Shown here: positions 56,600 through 64,000 of the stretch, in pieces
Numbering within the stretch: the stretch's first letter is position 1
Layout of the letters: each line of letters begins with the position of its first letter
Source: Lytechinus pictus
Lineage: Eukaryota
NCBI RefSeq assembly: GCF_037042905.1
Contig: NC_087248.1
Span: 2,728,001 to 2,792,000, forward strand
DNA length: 64,000 nt
Reading direction: 5' to 3'
Translations under genes and position numbers: made by a program
The notes under the pieces: model-generated
Told to the model about the DNA's origin: nothing
Seen by the model: the letters and a program-made list of their open reading frames with translations, nothing else
The model's database searches: none

Positions 56600-57681
56600 A
56601 CAGGTCTACAACAAATTGGGATGGTCTGGAATATGGAAGCAACGAACCTCGCCAACTACCTATCCAATCCACCTGATATACTGACGAGTATATCCCTCGA
56701 TTATGATAAATGTCAAGCAATATACTCCATTATTCAAGCAAGCATCTATCTTATTGGCACAACATCGACTGACACTACCCTACGGTGAAAAAGAGAAGGC
56801 AAGACTTAAATGCTCCTTTCACAAGAAACTTCAAGAGCAACTTAAATCCAAGCGACTTCATGGCCACCATGAAAAACAGACGCATCGGGAGTTCGTAGAC
56901 CAGAAAGACACCCATCAATGGCTTAAGTCGGCGGGACTAAGAGGTGAAACTGAAGGGTTCGTCTATGCTATTCAGGACCAGGTGGTGAGGACCCGTGCCT
57001 ACGAAAAATCTATCCTCAGAACAGACACAGACGACACTTGCAGGATGTGTGGAAAAGAGACCGAAACAATCATGCATTTGGTATCAGCATGTTCGACTCT
57101 TGCTGGAACTGAGTACATCACAAGACATGACAATATTGCCAAACTTATCCATTGGCAACTACTGAAGGATCGCGGTAAAATGACTTGTGATCACGCTTGG
57201 GAACATCAGCCACAAACGATCACCACGATCAATAACAGCACCATATATTGGAACTGTGGCATACTAACGGATAGAACCATCAACTGCAACAAGCCAGACA
57301 TCATCGTCAGAGACAACAACGTAGTAAATATCATTGAGGTCTCTGTTCCCCACGATATCAACATTGCTGTAAAGGAAAGAGACAAACGGCTCAAGTATCA
57401 AGACCTAAGGATTGAGATCGAGAGGATGTGGAACGTGAAAGCAGAGGTCACACCAGTCATCATTGGTCACTCAGGAATTGTGAAGAAGGGAATGGAAGCC
57501 TGCATAACCAAGATCTCTCCTCACCTTCGGATGTACGACATTCAGAAGGCAGCTATCTTGGGTACAACCAGATTGATAAGAAAGACTCTCGGACATTAGT
57601 AGTGTAAAGTTCCTAGTTGCACTTGAAATTACTTGGTGCTTTTTGTTAGAGCAAAAAATACGGACTTGATCCTGTTTAGAG

Positions 57682-57713
<32 letters not shown>

Positions 57714-60700
57714 TTAATAATAATACAAATAAAAAATAATACTAATACAAATAATAATGCTAATACTAATAGGTTCCTTTTATCTCGCATTTCAAGACAG
57801 GGTAAATTCACACTGCGCTTTACATGAAACAAACTTCTTTAAACATTTCAAACTTATGTCTTCATGCATCAATCAACATACTTTAAACGAATACAAAACA
57901 AAGTGCATCTTAAATAAAACAAAAATGAATAAATAGTTAACAATACAGAAAAGATGTAGCTGCTGCAAGCTTAACAACAAACTAATGTATACCAGTCAGT
58001 CCTGATATCAGTATTAGTGTAACAATAGTCATATAGTGGGAGCATGAAGTTGAACAATTCATGATTATACATAATTATATATGTTTGTTTGAATAATACT
58101 TGTTATAAAGATAGTAGTATGGTACTCTCTGTCACGAATTATTATGTATACTGTTGTATCACATTCATTTTCTATTCTGTTTTAGATTGCGCTGATGCAT
58201 TTTGCACACAATGTATAATGCCGAATACACGAGTGGGCCAGACCACACATGTATTTCAATAAAAACCGACTTGAGAAAATAACGTGTATATAAATATATA
58301 ATAAAAAAATAAATAAATGCATATAATGTATATATATATGTATAAATATCATATACCTGTAATATAATCTGATATAAACTAATAAATAAATAAATAAATA
58401 TAATACATATCATATATGAGAAGGTATTGCTAGTACTCGGTTCGTGCCTGAAAAGTAGTCTCGATGAAAAGAAAAAAGTTGTTGCTTCATTCCCATACCA
58501 AAAACAGCTTGATTAACAGTTGCTAATCAGATAATAGAGAAATCCGCATCCCTGATTTTCAATAGCTTCTTTCACACGTTAAAAGCCAATCTTGTGGTTA
58601 TCTTGTGGTTATCTTGTGGTTTACAATCTTAGAGGTATCTTGTGGTTATCTTGTGGTTTGCCCCATTTGAACACGCAAAACTCGTGGTTATCTTTTGGTT
58701 TCCACACCACGAGATTGCGCACACTGCAAAATATGCGCGATTAATCTTGTGGTTATCTTGTGGTTTCCAAACCACAAGATAACCACAGAATACTTGTAAG
58801 ATTTTCTTTTTTTACCGTCTGAATTGGCTTTCACCGTGTGAATGCAGCTAATAACAATAAACACAATTACAATAATGATGATTATTATTATTATCATCAC
58901 CATAATTATTATTATTATTAATATTATAATTGTTATCATTATTATTATTACTATTTATTATTATCATCATTATGACTTATTAAGTAACCAAATATCATTC
59001 CCCAAAACCTGGGGGGATGATTGTACATGCCATCCCCCCCACCTTGTGATGTGGGGGGGGGATGCATCCCCCTCATCCCCCCCGTTGTCTACGCCCCTGG
59101 CGTTCATCCTTTTTGTTTATTTCCACTTCGTCTAATGCTAATTCGTCCAATAGCCAACTCACCTACTATCATTTGGTCTTCCATCAGTTTGTCCAATATC
59201 CACATGGTCTAATTGCCTATTCGTCCACTCACCACTTCGTCTAATAACCAGCTTGTCCAATAGCCATTTTAGTCTATGTACCATTTGGTCTAATTGGACT
59301 AAGTGTTAATTGGGCGAACTGAAGGAAAATGAAATGGATATTAGACCAACTGGTTATGAGACGAAAACATGGTCATAGACGAAATTGTCATTAGACGAAG
59401 TGATGATTGGACCAAATGGTCATTGGACCAAATGGTTGTTAAACAAAAATGTTGATAGACGGAATGGCATTAGACAAAATGAAAGTAGGCAATGTGGTAA
59501 GTGGACGAATTGGCAATTTACCATCATTTGTATTCAACAGTGTGAATGTGGACACTTCTGCAGCGTATTTTACCACATAATGATGAGAGTGACATTGACA
59601 GAATCTCATATCTCACTGCCATGCTCACCAATGCCGCATTTTCTATCATTTTCTCCATATTTATGGAGTCGATTCAAACCATTCTTTGGTTTTGTTTCAG
59701 GTTGTCCATTTGGACTTGCGATAGGACAAATTGTATCTGGTTTTATCTGCTCAACCCCTCAGCTTGGATGGCCTTTCTCATTCTACATCTTAGGTATTGT
59801 AATGAGCAACTTTTATATCGTAATCCTTCGCTTCTATTGTTTTCGGCATTGGACATTTTTTGATATACACGGTAAAATGAGCGTAATTTATACAGGAAAT
59901 CTGCATAAACCATGGACTCAACCCTGGGTTTTCATCAAAATGCCAATGACGTGTACAGATGATTAACCGATCGTTACTATCTTATGAAGACAGCATTTCA
60001 TTGCAATCTACAGAAAACCTTGTCAACTTAATTTTCTTGTTAATCTGTACATATTTTAAATATATCTACACTTTGTGAAATAAATTTTATATCTACCACA
60101 TTTCTCATTTTTATGTGTTCATGCATTTTTTTTATATAGATTCCATCTATCTAACTTGGGCTATCCTATGGGCTGTTATTGTACGAGAAAGTCCGATAGA
60201 AACAGAAGAAAATTACCAGAATGTACCCCTGTCAGATAAACAGGAATATGAAAAGAGAAACCAGATTAAAAAGGTGACTTCCCCCCCCCCCCCTAACAAT
60301 GCCAGAACTATACGTTTATGTATTCATGTACCTTAACCAAATCTAAAAATGTGATTATGATAACCTATTTTTGGTCATTTAATTGATTTTATTTTGCTTT
60401 ATCTTTGGATCGAACTTTTTTTTCGGAGGAAGCAAATATCTATGCAAGATACAGTGATTATAACTAATGGATCTATCCACTGCAGATGCAAAAGAAAAGC
60501 AGTCATACGGTTGATAGATATTGAGAATCATTGGTATTATATTAAGCCATTTTTTTTTCTTCGCTTTTCAAGTCTCGCGCAACTGTACCAGTTCGTGACC
60601 TGCTGACGTCACTTCCTGTATATTCATTTATTCTGATCCGGTTTGGTATCCAAGGTTGGGTTGTAGGAACTCTTCTTACCAATCTACCTATCTACATGAA

Positions 60701-62671
60701 ATACGTCCTTGGATTCTCCATTAGAGAGGTACGGATTCTCCTTCACTTCCTTATCCTTCTCCTTTTCTCCTATTCTTCCTTCTTGTTCTTCCCCATCATC
60801 CTTTTCTTCTCAGTTTTCTTCCCTTTTTCCTCTCATCCCTTCTCTTCCTATTCCTCTTCCTCTTTGCTTTTGTTCTTTTCCTTTTCTTTTCTTTCTATTC
60901 CTTTTATTGTTGTTCATGTACTTGATTTTTCTCTTCGTTTTAACTCTTCCACACATTTCAATTCATTTATTTTATCTCTTTGTGAGGAAGTGTGTGTGTG
61001 TGTTTGGGGGGGGGGGTTATTATTTGATATGAATTTAATACACAATATTTTCTTACGAGGTTTAAATAATGCTTTTTTCTGTCAACTATACCATGATGAT
61101 GAACATAATTAGTTTAATATAAACAAATAATGTGTACACTGATTGCGCATTGGTATGAATATATATATACCCGATAACTCATCTCATTGAAGAAAAGAGT
61201 TAACTATTCTGATACAATAAATTTCAAATTAGTAAAATGTATACTCATTCAGGCGCTTTGATATCACTTAGCCGATTACATTGTTTTCTTTATTATACAT
61301 TATATTTCAACTCTACTTATATTTATTATTACGTTTACTATTTCTTTTAACTTTAAAAAACAATGATTATTATTATTATCCAACTAAAGCTATTTAATTG
61401 TCTACCGTAATCATTTTCTTTTTCCCATTGAAGGTTGGATTATTAGCGTCAATTCCTTATGTTTGTCAGACGATGGTAGCGATGGTGACGTCACAAGTGG
61501 CTGACTCTCTGATTGGTCGAAATAGTAGCGTAACTAATGTCCGCAAGACAATGATGTTCATTGGTATATATATGGTCTCTATATGAAATCGTGTTAATTA
61601 TGTCATGTTCTGTTACTATCATGCCTGCACAATATGTTGATACGTTAATCCGAATAAAAATGAATAAGTCTATGATATCCGTCCAACTTTTCATTAAGAA
61701 GATAAGAGAAAATGAACCGTATTTGTCTAATATTAGAGAAGTGGGTCTATACTCTGAAAGATGATTGATTCAGTTATTCAGATATCGTTTTATTTTTTTC
61801 TACAGGAATAAGTACATGAAAAATATAATATGAAATATCATACCTTACTTACAGGTGTTGTGGTCATCGTTGCAACCCTCCTGCCGGTTGCTTTCATCGG
61901 TTGCAATCGGTACTTCGGTTTGGGTTTCATCATAGTAGCCGCCACAGGAACCGGAATCACCTATCCGTCGGTTTTCTCTAACGCAGTGGACCTGGCACCT
62001 CGGTTTTCGGGTACGCTGATGGGTCTTGCAAATACCATCGCACTATCCGCCAGCTTTATATCACCAATAGTAACCGGTTATCTAGTGGACGATCAGGTAT
62101 GTATGTTAAGTCTATCCCATTTTGATTATTTAAGAGAATTAGTGACAACAACCTGATATTAATCACTGAGAGTGATTTATTTTGTTTTCAAAATTTTGCT
62201 TTTTATATTATTCAAGAACCAATTTATATAACTTAAAGTGTAAATTTGATTTATGCGACATGGTGAAAGAAAAATCAAATTGTAGAAAATGCAATCACGG
62301 CTGGTAATGTCTTTCTTAACAGCGCCAGCTATTTATTTTCAGTCATTCTTTCCACTGCCCTCGGTGTGGAAGGATTATCTAATAAAAACTGCAGTGAATG
62401 GATAAAGCTTTCTGTTATTTGCTTCTGAATACACCATAAATTGAATATATATTTTCGAATTAATCCTGACATACAGTCTGACCCGGAGGAATGGAGAGAT
62501 GTATTCTATATCGCATCAGGGATCGCAGTCTTTGTCACCATCTTCTTTCAATTATTCGGATCTGGAGAGGAACAAACCTGGGCCAAAGACCCAGAGAAAG
62601 AAGATGAAAAATACACGGATAAATGTCAGTCTAGATCTACAGAAAGGATGCCATTCAAACCCTTGGTTTGA
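51655..62671 (+). CDS. SLC17/sialin-like MFS anion transporter, paralogue 3 (~498 aa, 10 coding exons; frameshifted C-tail)
   Basis: Exons 51655-51658 (ATGG|gtaagt), 52986-53209, 54360-54590, 54784-54871, 59701-59793, 60140-60273, 60573-60728, 61434-61563, 61855-62096, 62477-62671; exon 1-9 lengths identical to paralogue 2. Confidence 0.92.
55045..55450. repeat. TG-rich minisatellite (~44-bp unit with ~35-bp variants)
   Basis: Unit GTGTGTTCAATGTGTTCACAGTGTGTTTGTTGTGTGTTCACACT; decays into degenerate copies to ~55700. Confidence 0.9.
56599..57682 (+). mobile_element. 5'-truncated R4-clade (Dong/Rex6-like) RLE non-LTR retrotransposon inserted in a (TAA)n tract
   Basis: ORF 56703-57599 has a CCHC knuckle (CRMC..ETIMHLVSAC), RHD, and a PD-(D/E)xK-type nuclease (KPDIIV..IIEVSVP..KRLKY); (TAA)n on both sides (56551-56598; 57683-~57770). 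Confidence 0.88.
58565..58848. mobile_element. Harbinger-like MITE with internal (TCTTGTGGTTA)n repeats
   Basis: GCTTCTTTCACACG...CGTGTGAATGCAGC ends; 11-bp internal repeats in both orientations. Confidence 0.65.
59120..59520. mobile_element. Degenerate palindromic MITE
   Basis: Left half carries CACTTCGTCTAAT/TTGGTCT motifs; right half carries their inverses TTAGACGAAGTG/AGACCAA. Confidence 0.55.
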
Positions 62672-63074
62672 AACCGGTTAGTGAGGTTAATATTATTGGT
62701 ACGACAAGAATGATCTTCAGATGATGTCTCATTGCGCTTGCAACTAGCAAGGTTTCCACTTTGGCGAGTTGGAGTTGCGAGTCATACGCGAGCTGCGCGA
62801 GCTCTAACTCGCCTTAGCTCGCACAAGCTCGCGTGAAATTTACATTTTTTCCTGGAATTTGCTTCAGTGACAAAATACTCAACATCGAGTTCACTACGCT
62901 CGTTGTACGAGTGAACCGAGCGCGAAACGAGTCAGGCCGAGCTTAGTATGAGTTGCGGTGACCTTTATACGACTTAAAGCGAGCTATGAACGAGTTATAA
63001 AGATTTTGTTACGAGTGATAAGAGTTTCATACGACCAAGGGGCGGGATATGCACATATTTGGCACTCAAAGATG

Positions 63075-64000
63075 GATGCCGGCGGCGGCGGCGTCAACAC
63101 CAAATCTTAACCGAAGGTTAAGTTTTTGAAATGGCATCATAACTTAGAAAGTATATGAACCTAGTTCAAGAAACTTGACCATAATGTTTATCAAGCATTA
63201 CTAAACATCCTTCTTGAGTTTCAGGTCACAAGACCAAGGTCAGAGGTCATTTATGGTAAATGAACTTAGACCATGTTTAGGGAATCAACATCAAAATCTT
63301 AACCTACGGTTAAGTTTTTGAAATGTCATCATAACTTAGAAAATGTATGAACCTAGTTCATGAAACGTGGACATAAGGTTATTAAAGTATATAAACATCC
63401 TGCTTGAGTCGAGTTTCAAGTCACATGACTAAGGTCAAAGGTCAATTAGGGTCAATGGACTTTGGCCAATTGGGGTATTTGTTAAATTAACATTATAGCT
63501 TTAAAAGTTTATGAATCTGATTCATGAAACTTGAACATAATAGTAATCAGGTATCACTAAAAATCCTGTGCGAATTTCAGGTCACATGTCCAAGGTCAAA
63601 GGTCATTGAACTTTAGTGATGTTCGGGTGATCTGTTGAATTACCATCATAACTTTGAAAGTTTATAGATCTGATTCATGAAACTTGAATATAAGAGTAAT
63701 CAAGTATTACTAAACATCCTGTGCGAGTTTGAGGTCACATGACGAAGGTCAAAGGTCATTTAAGTTCAATGAACTTTGGCTATGTTGGGGGTATTTGTTG
63801 AATTACCATCATAACATTGAAAGCTTATGGATATGATTCATCAACTTGGATATTAGAGTAGTCAAGTATCACCGAAAATATCATGCCAGTTTCAGGTCAC
63901 ATGACCAAAGTCGAAGGTCATTTAAGGTTATTGAACTTTGGCCATTTTGGAGATTAATACTATATTGCTGTCATAACTTTCAAAGTTTAGATACAGTTTA
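63075..64000. repeat. Tandem ~155-195-bp repeat array after (CGG)n, Helentron/HINE-like; runs off window end
   Basis: Units begin CAGGTCACATGACCAAGGTCAAAGGTCA at ~63222, 63417, 63578, 63731, 63893. Confidence 0.75.

Larger units (their letters stand above)
55707..59099. mobile_element. 3.4-kb hAT-type non-autonomous composite element with 8-bp TSD
   Basis: GCGTTCAT|CAGTGGCGTAGAC ... GTCTACGCCCCTG|GCGTTCAT (TSDs at 55699-55706 and 59100-59107). Confidence 0.88.

Noticed and set aside
57629-57832. Poly-Ile/Asn small ORFs
   Set aside because: Translations of (TAA)n microsatellite.
58588-58790. (TCTTGTGGTTA)n as an interstitial telomere
   Set aside because: 11-bp unit, not TTAGGG, and enclosed by MITE-type TIRs.
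63075-64000. Regularly spaced repeats as a CRISPR array
   Set aside because: Whole units are homologous with no unique spacers; eukaryotic context and no cas genes.

Overview
AT-rich, intron-rich animal genomic DNA with two assembly gaps. The repeat landscape suggests an echinoderm such as a sea urchin (inference). Five protein-coding genes were reconstructed by hand from GT-AG exon chains. (1) Mitochondrial acetyl-CoA acetyltransferase ACAT1 on the minus strand: 10 exons visible, with the 3' end running off the window start. (2) A divergently transcribed, complete alpha-tubulin (452 aa, MREC...DEY) with a TATA box and RFX X-box motifs. (3-5) Three 10-exon SLC17/sialin-like MFS transporter paralogues arranged +, -, +, all sharing unusual substitutions at sialin's substrate and proton-coupling residues. 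Introns and spacers are packed with mobile DNA. A near-intact CR1/L2-group LINE lies in an ACAT1 intron. A 3.4-kb hAT-type element with a perfect 8-bp TSD carries a TAA-microsatellite-targeted R4/Dong-like retrotransposon and a further MITE. There are also many TTAA-, CWG-, TA- and 8-bp-TSD MITEs, tRNA-derived SINE pieces, a nested palindrome, and a tandem array carrying perfect DR1 nuclear-receptor sites. No prokaryotic-type system (CRISPR, operon) is present.
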